From NCBI GenBank assembly GCA_963814585.1, contig CAWFDF010000003.1:416001-480000 (forward strand): DNA of 64,000 bases, in the 5' to 3' direction. How positions within the stretch are numbered: the stretch's first letter is position 1; every line of letters begins with the position of its first letter. The stretch is from an uncultured delta proteobacterium (GTDB lineage Bacteria > Myxococcota > Myxococcia > Myxococcales > Anaeromyxobacteraceae). Position numbers and translations under genes: made by a program. The notes under the pieces are model-generated. The model was not told the origin of the DNA, made no database searches, and saw nothing but the letters and a program-made list of their open reading frames with translations. Shown one piece after another: positions 29,337-39,091 of this stretch.

Positions 29337-30134
29337 CTACGGCGCTGGGGTGTCGAGATCCACGACCCGGGCGCCAGCCGGGGGGCTCAAGCGGAAGAGG
29401 GCCGGGTCCACCGGCCCGTTGACCTCGAGGTCGCGCCAGTGGAGCGTGAGCGCCACCCCGGCCTCGGTGGAGCGCGCCGACAGGTCGGTGGGGAGGCGCT
29501 GGCCGGCGCGGGTGCGGTGGACCGAGAACTCGGCGTCCAGGCCGGCCGGGATCTCCCCGGCGCTGGTGAGGCGCCGGACCCGCGAGGCCAGCAGCGCGGC
29601 CCCGGGCCCGACCTCCAGCCGCTGCACCAGGTCGCCCTGCCGGAGCGTGAGCAGCACCAGGCCGTCGCCGGGCTCGGCCGCCACCGCCGCGCCGTCGAGG
29701 AGCGGCGCCGAGCCGCACAGCAGCGTCACCAGCGCCTCGGCCGGGAGCGGCACCGGCACCAGCCGGGCCAGGTTGGCCGGCGTGGCCGCACCCCGCTGGA
29801 AGATCCCCTGGCGGGCGTCGAAGAGCGCCAGGCGCCCGTCCTCCACCACCAGCACCGCCACCACGCTTCCGAAGAAGTCGTGCACCTCGACGCGCAGGCG
29901 TCCCGGCCGCTCGGCCACCAGGAACTGCTCCCCGCCGCCGGCGCCCCCGGGGCCGTCGAGGCCCACCCTGGCCCGCCCCTGCACGCTCACCACGCGGGCC
30001 TGCGCCGCCTTCACCTCGGCCAGCAGCGCCGCCGGATCGAGCGAGAGGTCGGGGGGCGGCCGCCGCGGGTGACAGGCCGCCAGCGCCAGCAGCGCGCCGG
30101 CGGCCACCAGCCGCGCCGAGGAGCGAGGCCTCAC
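29337..30134 (-). CDS. LolA/LolB-like lipoprotein (DUF4292-like)
   Basis: Lipobox LAAC, RPGRLRVEVHDFFG, VDPALFRLSPPAGARVVDL. Confidence 0.65.
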   Translation of the reverse strand: MRPRSSARLVAAGALLALAACHPRRPPPDLSLDPAALLAEVKAAQARVVSVQGRARVGLDGPGGAGGGEQFLVAERPGRLRVEVHDFFGSVVAVLVVEDGRLALFDARQGIFQRGAATPANLARLVPVPLPAEALVTLLCGSAPLLDGAAVAAEPGDGLVLLTLRQGDLVQRLEVGPGAALLASRVRRLTSAGEIPAGLDAEFSVHRTRAGQRLPTDLSARSTEAGVALTLHWRDLEVNGPVDPALFRLSPPAGARVVDLDTPAP

Positions 30135-31306
30135 GCCTGCTCCAGCGCCTGGGTGAGGTCGGCCAGCAGGTCGCCGGCGTCCTCCAGCCCCACCGAGACG
30201 CGCAGCAGGCCGCGATCGATCCCCTGCGCCGAGAGCTCGGCGTCGGTGGCGTTCCGGTGGGAGGAGATGACCGGGATGGAGGCGAGGCTCTCCACCCCGC
30301 CGAGCGACGAGGCCCGCGCCACGATGCGGAGCGCGTCGTGGACCCGGCAGCATGGCTCGAAGCCGCCCCGCACCGAGAGCGAGAAGACGCCGCCGCCGCC
30401 GCGCAGCTGCCGGCGCGCCAGGTCGTGGTCCGGGTGCGAGCGCAGGAACGGGTAGTGGACGCGGGCCACCCGGGGGTGGTGCTCCAGCGCGTCGGCCAGC
30501 CGCAGCGCGGTGGCGTTCTGCCGTTCGATGCGGATCTCCAGGGTCTTCATGCCGCGGATGAGGTCGTACGCCGCCGCCGGGTCCAGGGTCCCGCCGGCGG
30601 TCCGGCGCACCTCCAGAACCGGCGCCAGGGTGGCCTTGTTCCCGGCCACCACGCCGGCCAGGTGGTCGCAGTGGCCGTTCAGGTACTTGGTGGCGCTGTG
30701 GATGACCAGGTCGACGCCCAGCGTGGCCGGCCGGAGGTTGAACGGCGTGGCGAAGGTGGCGTCCACCATGGAGAGGATGCCGCGCTGCCGGCAGGCGCCC
30801 GCCACCGCGGCCACGTCCACGACCCGCAGGGTCGGGTTGGTGGGGGTCTCGAAGAGCAGCGCCCGGGTCCCCGGCGGCGCGGCGGCCGCGGCCGCCGCCA
30901 GCCCGTCGAGCGGCACCTCCACCACCTTCACGCCGAAGCGGGCGAGGAGGGTGCGGGCCAGGCGGGTGGTCTGCCCGTAGATGGTGTCGGCGATGAGGAG
31001 CGTGTCGCCGGCGCCGAGGTGGGCGATCAGCGCGGCGTGGATCGCCGCCATGCCGGAGGCGAAGAGGACGGCCTGCTCGGTCCCCTCCAGCAGCGCCACC
31101 TTCCGCTCGGCGGCGACGACGGTGGGGTTCTCCAGCCTGGAGTAGAGCCACTTCCCCTCGGGCGCGTCGAGGTAGGCGGCCGCGGCCGCCGCCGAGTCGA
31201 AGCGGTAGGTGGTGGTCTGGTAGATCGGCGTATTCACCGCCGGTACGGCCCAGACCCCGTCCTCGCCACCGTGGACCGCCAGGGTGCCGAGCTTCTCGTT
31301 GGCCAT
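30131..31306 (-). CDS. PLP-dependent Cys/Met metabolism enzyme (cystathionine gamma-synthase/lyase family)
   Basis: YSRLENPT, FASGMAA, ETPTNP, HSATKYLNGH, SLGGVES, RVSVGLED. Confidence 0.92.
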   Translation of the reverse strand: MANEKLGTLAVHGGEDGVWAVPAVNTPIYQTTTYRFDSAAAAAAYLDAPEGKWLYSRLENPTVVAAERKVALLEGTEQAVLFASGMAAIHAALIAHLGAGDTLLIADTIYGQTTRLARTLLARFGVKVVEVPLDGLAAAAAAAPPGTRALLFETPTNPTLRVVDVAAVAGACRQRGILSMVDATFATPFNLRPATLGVDLVIHSATKYLNGHCDHLAGVVAGNKATLAPVLEVRRTAGGTLDPAAAYDLIRGMKTLEIRIERQNATALRLADALEHHPRVARVHYPFLRSHPDHDLARRQLRGGGGVFSLSVRGGFEPCCRVHDALRIVARASSLGGVESLASIPVISSHRNATDAELSAQGIDRGLLRVSVGLEDAGDLLADLTQALEQA

Positions 31307-31352
31307 GTGGAGCTCTCCGAAGCGCCGGCGCCCCGGCGCCGGAGGGGGACGC

Positions 31353-32276
31353 TTAGAACAGGCGTGCCCGCTTGTCGAGCCACTCCCGGGCCTGGCGGCG
31401 CGCCACGGCCTGCTCCGGCTCCCACCCGGCGGCCTCTGGCGCGGCCAGCGCCTCGCCCAGCAGCCGCTCGAAGGCCGCCCGATCCTGCTCCAGCACCGCC
31501 AGCGTCCGGGCCTCCTCGATCCGCCGCCAGGGCTCCTCGGGGAAGAGCTGGGCGGCACGCGCGAAGTGCGATCGCGCCGACGCCACGCCGCCTCCAGCCG
31601 AGGCCGGCAGCATGGCCGACCAGGCGCCCATGGCCCGCAGCGGACCGCCCTGCTCCAGCCGCTCGTCGAGCAGCGCGGCCCGCGACATCAGGGCCAGGGC
31701 CGGGTCCTTCACCGCCAGCACCGCGGCCGGGCCGGTGCCCCGGGCCACGCCCATCCTCCCCAGCGCCAGCCAGTAGAGCGGCTCGGCGCCGGGCGCCTCC
31801 ACCAGCGCCGCCGCCTCGGCGATCGGCCGCCCCTCGTCCACCGCCGCCGCGAAGCCTGGCGAGAGCGTGCGCAGCGCCCGCTCGGCAGCGCGCGACGAGG
31901 CCTCGTGCGCCGCCAGGGCCTCGGCCGGGAGCTGGGCGGCCAGCGCGCGGAACCCCTCCCCGCGGGCCAGGCGCAGCTCGGCCTCCGGCGCCCCCGGGCG
32001 CGCCGCGGCGGCCCGCCGCCACGCGGTGAGCGCGGCCAGCAGCCCGGCCGGCTCGGCGCGGCGCGGCCAGGCGGCGTCGCCCTCGGCCAGGGCCGCCGCG
32101 ACGGCCTCCGGTCCGAGCGCGGTCGCCGCCGGCTCGGCCGGTCCGCGCTGGCAGCCGGCCACGGCGAGGAGCAGGCCGAGCGCGAGGGGTGCTCCCACGG
32201 CGCCCTTCGCCGGGCCCGGCGCGGCCCGCCAGCGCGCGCCGCAGCGGGAGTCGGGCCGGGCGGGTGGCGCTCTCAC
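31353..32276 (-). CDS. TatT-like (TPR-type TRAP accessory) lipoprotein; alternative start 32198
   Basis: Lipobox VAGC; LYWLAL...LDERL...GGGVASARSHF...QDRAAFERLL...EQAVARRQAREWL. Confidence 0.6.
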   Translation of the reverse strand: MRAPPARPDSRCGARWRAAPGPAKGAVGAPLALGLLLAVAGCQRGPAEPAATALGPEAVAAALAEGDAAWPRRAEPAGLLAALTAWRRAAAARPGAPEAELRLARGEGFRALAAQLPAEALAAHEASSRAAERALRTLSPGFAAAVDEGRPIAEAAALVEAPGAEPLYWLALGRMGVARGTGPAAVLAVKDPALALMSRAALLDERLEQGGPLRAMGAWSAMLPASAGGGVASARSHFARAAQLFPEEPWRRIEEARTLAVLEQDRAAFERLLGEALAAPEAAGWEPEQAVARRQAREWLDKRARLF

Positions 32277-33145
32277 CTGCGCTTCTTGGCCGGAGCCTTC
32301 TTCGCCGGCTTCCTCGGCGCGGGCTTCCGGGCCGGCTTCCTCGAGGCCTTCCGGGGGGCCGGCTTCCGGCCGCCCTTCCCCGGGGCGGGCCTCCTGGCGG
32401 CCTGGCGGGGGGCGGCCTTTCCGCCCCGCTTCGCCGAGGAGGCCTTCCCCGCGGCCGGCTTCCTGGCCAACGGCCTGGCGCTGGCAGCCGGCCTCGGCTC
32501 CGCCCCGGGGACCGAGGTGGACTTGGCACCGGCCGCCGGCGACGGCGGCGGCGGCGGCGCGATGGGGCGGGCCGGCTGGAGCGGCCGAGGCGCCATCGCC
32601 GGCCGCTGCGGCATGGCGCGGCTCAGGCGGGCGAGCCGCGCCTCCTCCTCGGCCAGGGTCACGTGGAGCGGCGGCTGGCCGGCGCGCTGCCGGGTCTCGT
32701 CCTCGGCGGAGTAGAAGAGCTGGTAGGTGGCGAGGCCGCGGGTCACCAGCTCGCCGCGCTGGTTCTCGGCCCAGAGCTCGAGGTCCATGGTGTAGGCGTC
32801 GCCCGGCTCGAAGCGCCGCTCCACCACCCGACCGCGCGCCGTGAGGACGTCGCCCGGCCAGATGAACTTCACCAGGCGGGCCTGCAGCTTCCTGAGGCGC
32901 GCCCCGCGGGTCCAGTCGGTGGCCAGCTCGGCGAGGAAGCCCATGCCGATGGTGCCGGGGGCGAAGGCGCTCGGGAAGCCGGAGGCGCGGGCGTGGGGCT
33001 CGTCGATGTAGAGCGGGTTCCAGTCGCCGGCGGCGCCGACGTAGCGGGCGATCTGCATCCGGTCGACCGGCGGCTTGAGCAGCGGCGGGAGCTCGTCGCC
33101 CACCTTGACGGCATCGAAGTAGAGCTGGCGCACGTTGATGGACAT
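32273..33145 (-). CDS. MaoC-family dehydratase with Lys/Ala/Pro-rich C-terminal tail
   Basis: YVGAAGDWNPLY.DE..A...GF...APG hydratase-like motif. Confidence 0.8.
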   Translation of the reverse strand: MSINVRQLYFDAVKVGDELPPLLKPPVDRMQIARYVGAAGDWNPLYIDEPHARASGFPSAFAPGTIGMGFLAELATDWTRGARLRKLQARLVKFIWPGDVLTARGRVVERRFEPGDAYTMDLELWAENQRGELVTRGLATYQLFYSAEDETRQRAGQPPLHVTLAEEEARLARLSRAMPQRPAMAPRPLQPARPIAPPPPPSPAAGAKSTSVPGAEPRPAASARPLARKPAAGKASSAKRGGKAAPRQAARRPAPGKGGRKPAPRKASRKPARKPAPRKPAKKAPAKKRR

Positions 33146-33151
33146 CGTCCC

Positions 33152-33589
33152 CTACCCCCGCCGAAGGATGAAGGTGGCCCGCGACCGGAAGACCAGCGCG
33201 CCCTGCTCGTCGCGCCCCTCGTCCTCGATCACGATGACGTCCATCGGGCCGCTGGCGCCGGACCGCTCCTGCACGTCGGCCACCTTGGAGCGGACCGTGA
33301 GCCGGTCACCTGCCACCAGGGGCCGGGCGAACTCGAAGGCCTGCTCCCCGTGGAGCATGGAGCGGGTGCCGAGGTCGAGCGAGTGGCGGAAGCGCTCGCC
33401 CCAGCCGAGCGTGAGCGCGAAGGTGGGCGGCGCCACCAGGCCCGGATACCCGGCGGCGCGGGCCGCCGCCTCGTCGAGCGCCAGCGGGTTGGGATCGCCG
33501 AGCGCCTCGGCGAAGCGCCGGATGGCCCCCTTCTCCACCTCGTGGAGGACGGGCTCGCTCACTCGGCCGATGAGGGACTTGTCGAGCAT
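33152..33589 (-). CDS. MaoC dehydratase N-terminal-type subunit (HadA-like)
   Basis: VEKGAIRRFAEALGD, APPTF, LHGEQAFEFARPL. Confidence 0.85.
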   Translation of the reverse strand: MLDKSLIGRVSEPVLHEVEKGAIRRFAEALGDPNPLALDEAAARAAGYPGLVAPPTFALTLGWGERFRHSLDLGTRSMLHGEQAFEFARPLVAGDRLTVRSKVADVQERSGASGPMDVIVIEDEGRDEQGALVFRSRATFILRRG

Positions 33590-33602
33590 GATGGCTCCGG
33601 GC

Positions 33603-34580
33603 CTATCGCCCTGCCGGCAGGTCGAGGACCGTGATCAGCCCCCGCCGCTCGGTGATGGCCAGCGCCGCGTGCACCACGGTGTTGGCGGTGGCCGCCTGGC
33701 CCGGGATCCCCCCGGGCACCACCGCGCGCAGCGGCGGATCGGCGTCGATCTCCACCTCGTCGCGCGGGTGCTCCGCGCCGAGGGTGAACTGCAGCTCCAG
33801 CCGGACCACCTCCCGGCCCTCCGAGAAGGCGCGCGCCACCTGCTGGACACCCGCCACCTGCCCCGCCTCGACGCCGTGGCCGGCCTCCTCGGCGAGCAGC
33901 GGCGTCAGCTCCTCGTCCACCTCGTCGAACTCGATCCCGCAGCCGACGGCGGCCAGCGCCGCCGACTCGGCCAGCCCGGCCTGCCCCAGCTCGCCGCGCT
34001 GGTCGGCGGCCTCGAACGCCTCGGCGCCGAGCCCGATGCCGAGCCGCCTCCGGTCCGGCCCGTGGCCGCCGGCGAGATCCACCACCCGCAGCCCCTTGAC
34101 ATGGCGCACCTCTCCCACCACCTGGGCCAGCACCGCCGGCAGCCGGTCGAGCGAGAAGCCGGGGCTGACCCCGGTGGCGACCACCCCGACGTCGTGGGCC
34201 TCGCAGAAGAGATCGAGCGCGTCGGCCTCGGACTCGTGGTGGAGCCACGGCCAGGCCAGCTCCTCGCAGGTGGAGACCACCGAGCAGCCCGCCTTCACCG
34301 CGCGTCGAATGACGGGGAGGGCCTCGGCGAAGGAGGACGTGGTGGCCATGATGACCACGCCGCCGCGGGCCTCGATGAAGCCGGGGGCCGGGTCGGCGCC
34401 GACGGTGAGCCCCCCGGCCGGCCGGCCGATCAGCTGGTCGAGCTTCTTCCCGAGCAGCGACGGCGCCAGGTCGACGGCGGCCACCAGGCGGAACTCCGGG
34501 CGTGCGACCAGGGCCCGGGCGATTCCCCGCCCGACCTCGCCGAGTCCCATGAGCACGACCGGAATGGCTGCTTCGGCCAC
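33603..34580 (-). CDS. Dihydrodipicolinate reductase-like NAD(P) oxidoreductase (2,4-diaminopentanoate dehydrogenase family)
   Basis: GLGEVG Rossmann motif, VVSTCEELAWPW, TGVSPGF, GGIPGQAAT. Confidence 0.8.
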   Translation of the reverse strand: MAEAAIPVVLMGLGEVGRGIARALVARPEFRLVAAVDLAPSLLGKKLDQLIGRPAGGLTVGADPAPGFIEARGGVVIMATTSSFAEALPVIRRAVKAGCSVVSTCEELAWPWLHHESEADALDLFCEAHDVGVVATGVSPGFSLDRLPAVLAQVVGEVRHVKGLRVVDLAGGHGPDRRRLGIGLGAEAFEAADQRGELGQAGLAESAALAAVGCGIEFDEVDEELTPLLAEEAGHGVEAGQVAGVQQVARAFSEGREVVRLELQFTLGAEHPRDEVEIDADPPLRAVVPGGIPGQAATANTVVHAALAITERRGLITVLDLPAGR

Positions 34581-34643
34581 CACTGCCCTCGAGCGTCGCT
34601 TCCGGAGCCCGGGAACGCCCGGATCTCCGAAGGTTGACGCACC

Positions 34644-34684
34644 TTTATAGGGCATCGCCTGATCGGCTATCAAGAAAAGCCGAT
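34644..34684 (-). promoter_or_regulatory. Sigma70-like promoter with overlapping inverted repeat
   Basis: Minus strand TTGATA-18 bp-TATAAA; ATCGGCT-N9-AGCCGAT brackets the -35 element. Confidence 0.6.
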
Positions 34685-34801
34685 GGCTCGGGCCGATCTC
34701 GACCCGCCCGGGGCGTGAATCGAACCGTGGGCCGAGCGGCGACAGCGCGCCGCGTCAAGCCGTTGACGTCCCTGGGGAATGCGTGACCGCCGGCGGCCCG
34801 G

Positions 34802-35515
34802 TCAACCGCTGATGAGCCGCTCCAGCAGCTCCTTCGCCGCCGGCTCTGACCAGTCCATGTCGCCGATGACGTAGGCCGCGATCCGGCCAGACTTGTCCAC
34901 GATGTAGCTCTCCGGGAACTTCACGTCGTCGGGAGCGCAGGCGCCGCGGCCGGTGCAGTACCAGGGTCGAACCGTCAACTTGGCCTCGGGGTCGAGCGCC
35001 ACCGCCACGCTGGCGGGGAGGCGGCCGCCCTGCTCCGGGCTCCTGAAGAACTGCTTCACCAGGTCGGCCGATTCGTCGACCGAGACGGCCACCATCTTGA
35101 ACCTGCCGGGGTGCCGGGCCGTGAGCTCCTGCCCCAACCTCACCATGGCGGGCATCTCCTTGGCGCAGGGCGGGCACCAGGTGGCCCAGAAGTTCACGAA
35201 CACCACCTGCCCCTTCAGGGAGGCCAGGTCGAAGCGCCCGCCGTCGACGGTGGGCAGGCGGAGCGGCGGGGCCACCGGCGGCGCCCTGGAGAGGAGCAGC
35301 CGTCCCAGGGCCAGCGGCTCGGGGGCCGGCGGCCCGGCGGGCATGGGGCGGGCCACCGCCGGGGGGGTCGCCGATGGCACCGCCGCCCGGGTCAGCTCCT
35401 CCACCTGATGGGTCGTGTCCCACGCCTTCCACGCCGCGGCGGCGAGCACCACCGCGAAGACCCCGGCGGCGACGACGGCCTGCCGGCTGGGCTTGCTCGA
35501 TTCGGTCTGGGCCAT
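34802..35515 (-). CDS. TlpA/ResA-family membrane-anchored thioredoxin
   Basis: N-terminal TM helix, NFWATWCPPC, FPESYIVD. Confidence 0.9.
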   Translation of the reverse strand: MAQTESSKPSRQAVVAAGVFAVVLAAAAWKAWDTTHQVEELTRAAVPSATPPAVARPMPAGPPAPEPLALGRLLLSRAPPVAPPLRLPTVDGGRFDLASLKGQVVFVNFWATWCPPCAKEMPAMVRLGQELTARHPGRFKMVAVSVDESADLVKQFFRSPEQGGRLPASVAVALDPEAKLTVRPWYCTGRGACAPDDVKFPESYIVDKSGRIAAYVIGDMDWSEPAAKELLERLISG

Positions 35516-35579
35516 GATCCGGGCTTATGCCACGGACCCCTGGCTTGCCGCCACCGGCCCGGCGGGCGACACTCCGTGC

Positions 35580-36698
35580 GTGCGCGGCCTCATGGGCAGC
35601 TTCGCGATCCTCCCGCTCGGCGACCTGCTCGAGCTCGTCTCGCGGCGCGGCCTGGCGGGGACCCTCACCTGCGAGCGCGGCACGGTGAAGAAGTCCCTCC
35701 AGCTGGCCGGGGGCAAGGCGGTGGGCGCCTCCTCCAACGACTCGCGGGACCAGTTCGGCCAGCTGCTCGTCAACTTCAACCACCTCGACGAGGCCGCCAT
35801 GCAGCGCGCCATCCAGGTGCAGATGGAGACCACGGTCCGGATCGGCCGGGTGCTGGTCATGACCGGCCTGGTCACCGCCGAGGTGGTGCGCGAGGTGCTG
35901 GCCATCAAGATCCGCGAGACCATCCTCGACATCCTGCTCTGGGAGTCGGGGCTGTTCCGCTTCGACGACACGCCCCCGGCCCCGGTGGACGAGCTCGACA
36001 CCTCGGTGCCGATCGGCGAGGTGCTCCAGGAGGCGGAGTTCCGCGGCACGGCCTGGAGCGCCTTCCGCGGCGAGTTCCCCTCCGGCGTCGGCACGCTGGA
36101 GGTGGACGACGCCCGGGTCCCGGCCTCCATGACCCCCGAGACGGTGGACGGCCGGCTGCTCCAGCTGGCGCGGGAGGGCCGGACCATCGACGAGCTGGGG
36201 CTGGCGCTGCGGGCCACCGACTTCCACCTCTACCAGCGGCTCTACGCGCTGGCGCGCCAGGGGATCGTGCGCGCGGCGCCGGCCCGCCACGCCGGGGGCG
36301 ATCCGGGGCGCCTCACCTCGGGGGCCGCCGAGCTCATCGAGCGGGCCCGCGGCCTGCTGGCCGACGGGCTCGCCGACGACGCCGAGCTGGTGGCCACCAG
36401 CGCGGTGGCGCTGGCGCCCCACTCCGGCGAGGCCCATGACCTGCTGGTGGAGGCCGAGCGGCTCCTCTCGCAGCAGCTCCGCGCCGACCTGCTGGAGCCG
36501 GGCCGGGTGGCGCGCCGGGTGGTGGACGCGAGCGCCATCGCCGGCCTGAGGCTCCCCACCGTGGACAAGTACCTGCTCTCGCGCTGCGACGGCGTGCGGA
36601 CCGTGAAGCAGCTGGCCCAGCTGGCGCCGCTGCGCGAGCTCGACGTGCTGAAGACGCTGCGGCGGCTCGCCGACGGCGGACTGGTGGAGCTGGGCTGA
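35580..36698 (+). CDS. DUF4388 (PatA-N-like) domain protein
   Basis: GSFAILPLGDLLELV...GTL, FGQLLV, IGRVLV, WESGLFRF. Confidence 0.75.
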   Translation: MRGLMGSFAILPLGDLLELVSRRGLAGTLTCERGTVKKSLQLAGGKAVGASSNDSRDQFGQLLVNFNHLDEAAMQRAIQVQMETTVRIGRVLVMTGLVTAEVVREVLAIKIRETILDILLWESGLFRFDDTPPAPVDELDTSVPIGEVLQEAEFRGTAWSAFRGEFPSGVGTLEVDDARVPASMTPETVDGRLLQLAREGRTIDELGLALRATDFHLYQRLYALARQGIVRAAPARHAGGDPGRLTSGAAELIERARGLLADGLADDAELVATSAVALAPHSGEAHDLLVEAERLLSQQLRADLLEPGRVARRVVDASAIAGLRLPTVDKYLLSRCDGVRTVKQLAQLAPLRELDVLKTLRRLADGGLVELG

Positions 36699-37574
36699 TC
36701 AGGCCTCGGCGGTGTCTTCGCCGGCCATCAGGTAGGGGTTCTGGCCGAGCCGCCGGTAGCCGCGCTCCCCCGCCAGGAGGTCCAGCGGCAGGGTGGCCAC
36801 GTCGTCGGCGAGCGGCTCGAGCAGCGGCCCCCGCTCGACGTAGAGCAGCTTCAGGTAGGCCTGGCAGGCGTCGCAGGCCTCGGCCCGCGCCGGTCCCTCG
36901 TCGCCCTCGACGGCCAGGTAGGAGACCGCCGCGCCGGAGCGGCACAGCACGCACTCGACGCGGGTGCGGTGCCAGGTGGTGGCGCACAGGCCGCAGACCA
37001 GGTAGCGGAGCTTGTCGTCGCCCAGCACCACGCCGGCGGTCGGCGAGGCGCCGCAGACCGGGCAGCCCTCCTCGACGCGGGCCACCGAGGCCGGGGCCAG
37101 GTCCGCGGCCAGGCCGGTGAAGGCCACCTGGAGCGCGGCGCCGGCGAAGAGCGCCACCGGGACGTCGAGGCGGGCCAGGCGCCCGGCCAGCACCCGCCCC
37201 GCCAGGGCGTCGAGGTCCTGGCCGGAGAGCCGCCCCAGCCGATCGAGCGCGGCCTGCGCCGGAGGCGGCACCGCGAAGTCGGAGAGCCCGGCGAGCAGGA
37301 GCCGAAGCGCCTCCTGCCAGCCCGGCGGCGGTGGGCCGGCCAGCTCGAGCGGGCGGGCACCGGCCGCCGTGGGCCTCGGCGCGGGGCCGCGCACCTCGGC
37401 CGCCACCCGCTGCGCCGCGGCCACCCGGGCCAGCAGCGCCAGGTAGTCGCCGGCGGCGTGGCCCGGCGCCAGGGCCTCGAAGCGGGCGGCGCGGCGGGCG
37501 AAGAGCGGCGCCGCGCCCGGGTGCGGGCGCAGGTACGGGACGTCACCCAGCTCGCCGCCGCCGGTCAGGTTCAA
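36699..37574 (-). CDS. fdhE: Formate dehydrogenase accessory protein FdhE
   Basis: CPVCG, LRYLVCGLCATTW, CVLC, ACDACQAYLK, DDVATLPLD. Confidence 0.92.
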   Translation of the reverse strand: MNLTGGGELGDVPYLRPHPGAAPLFARRAARFEALAPGHAAGDYLALLARVAAAQRVAAEVRGPAPRPTAAGARPLELAGPPPPGWQEALRLLLAGLSDFAVPPPAQAALDRLGRLSGQDLDALAGRVLAGRLARLDVPVALFAGAALQVAFTGLAADLAPASVARVEEGCPVCGASPTAGVVLGDDKLRYLVCGLCATTWHRTRVECVLCRSGAAVSYLAVEGDEGPARAEACDACQAYLKLLYVERGPLLEPLADDVATLPLDLLAGERGYRRLGQNPYLMAGEDTAEA

Positions 37575-38209
37575 TGGCGGTCCTTGGCGCTCACCTCCCG
37601 CTCCCAGGCCGGGTGGTGGAACCTGGCCCAGGCCCGGGTCACGGTGCCGCGGATGGCCGCGTCGATGGAGCCCTTGGTCCAGAGGGCCGCGTAGACGTGG
37701 ATGCCGATGCCCACGAACATGATGAAGGCGCAGATGGTGTGGACCAGCCCGGCGGCGCGGCGGGCCCCGGCCGAGAAGTGGGGCGCGAACCAGGGCTGCC
37801 AGAGGAGCACCCCGGTCACCGCCAGCACGGCGATGATGGGGACCATCGACCAGAACATCAGCTTCTGCCCGGCGTTGTACTTGTGGGTCTCGCCGATGTC
37901 GGCGTGCTCCTTGCGCATGTAGGCGGCCATGTGCTTGACCCACTTCGAGTCGTCGGGCTGCCACCGGTTGTCGGCCACCTGCATCAGCGCGTACGGGTAG
38001 AAGAGGATCACCAGCGCCGCCCCCGCCAGGGGGTGGAGGAACCGCATCAGCCCCCCGCCGCCGAGGACGTAGGAGAGCCAGTAGAAGAACGGGGAGAAGA
38101 GGGCCAGGCCGGAGAGGAAGAGGAAGGTGAAGACGATGGCCACCGCCCCGTGCGTCACCCTGGACCCGTTGGAGTGGCGCTGGATCAGCTCCTTGCCCGT
38201 GGCGGTCAT
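37571..38209 (-). CDS. fdnI: Formate dehydrogenase gamma subunit (cytochrome b)
   Basis: KYNAGQKL, His heme ligands, WARFHHPAW. Confidence 0.93.
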   Translation of the reverse strand: MTATGKELIQRHSNGSRVTHGAVAIVFTFLFLSGLALFSPFFYWLSYVLGGGGLMRFLHPLAGAALVILFYPYALMQVADNRWQPDDSKWVKHMAAYMRKEHADIGETHKYNAGQKLMFWSMVPIIAVLAVTGVLLWQPWFAPHFSAGARRAAGLVHTICAFIMFVGIGIHVYAALWTKGSIDAAIRGTVTRAWARFHHPAWEREVSAKDRH

Positions 38210-39081
38210 GGCTTCACCCCCTGGTCACCCTCGGGCGGGACCTCGAGCGGCCCGTGGCGCATGTAGTGGAGGATCCCGGCGGCCAGCACCGCGAACATGG
38301 TGGCCACCCCGGCGGCGCGGGCCAGGCCGCTGCGCCAGACCTGCAGCAGCGGGCCCACCCGCGGGTTGGCCGGCAGGCCGTAGGCCTCCGGCCGGTCGCC
38401 GTGCGGCAGCACGAACACCACGTGGGTGCCGCCCACCCCCTTCGGATCGTAGACCGCCGCCTTGGCGAAGCCCCGCTCGCGGAGGTCCTCGAGGCGGTGC
38501 TCGGCCTGGAAGACCATCTCCTCCTTGGAGCCGAACGAGAGGGCCTGGGTGGGGCAGGACTTGACGCAGGCCGGCTCCAGCCCGACCGCGATCCGGTCGG
38601 AGCAGAGCGTGCACTTGTAGGCCTTGGAGTCCTTGGCGGAGAGGCGCGGGACGTTGAACGGGCAGCCGGCCGTGCAGTAGCCGCAGCCGATGCAGTGCTC
38701 CTGCTGGAAGTCGACCAGGCCGTTGGCGTACTGGACGATGGCGCCGGGGGCCGGGCAGGCCTTCAGGCAGCCCGGATCCTGGCAGTGCACGCAGCCGTCC
38801 TTGAGGATCAGCCACTGCAGCTGCCCGTCGATCACCTGCTCGTTGAACCGCATCAGCGTCCAGGACTGGTCGGAGAGGTCGCCGGGGCTGGTGTAGAAGC
38901 CCTCCTGCACCCCCACCTCGTCGCGGAGGTCGTTCCACTCCATGCAGGCCGACTGGCAGGCCTTGCAACCGATGCAGCGCGAGATGTCGATGAGCTTGGC
39001 CACCTCCAGCGTGGCGCGCGCCTGGGGCGGGGTCGAGGTGCTGGCCGACACGTTGACGACGTCGAGGGACATGAGTGCCAT
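38206..39081 (-). CDS. fdnH: Formate dehydrogenase beta (Fe-S) subunit
   Basis: CIGCKACQSAC, CVHCQDPGC, CIGCGYC, KCTLC; C-terminal TM helix. Confidence 0.95.
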   Translation of the reverse strand: MALMSLDVVNVSASTSTPPQARATLEVAKLIDISRCIGCKACQSACMEWNDLRDEVGVQEGFYTSPGDLSDQSWTLMRFNEQVIDGQLQWLILKDGCVHCQDPGCLKACPAPGAIVQYANGLVDFQQEHCIGCGYCTAGCPFNVPRLSAKDSKAYKCTLCSDRIAVGLEPACVKSCPTQALSFGSKEEMVFQAEHRLEDLRERGFAKAAVYDPKGVGGTHVVFVLPHGDRPEAYGLPANPRVGPLLQVWRSGLARAAGVATMFAVLAAGILHYMRHGPLEVPPEGDQGVKP

Positions 39082-39091
39082 GGCGCGCTCC

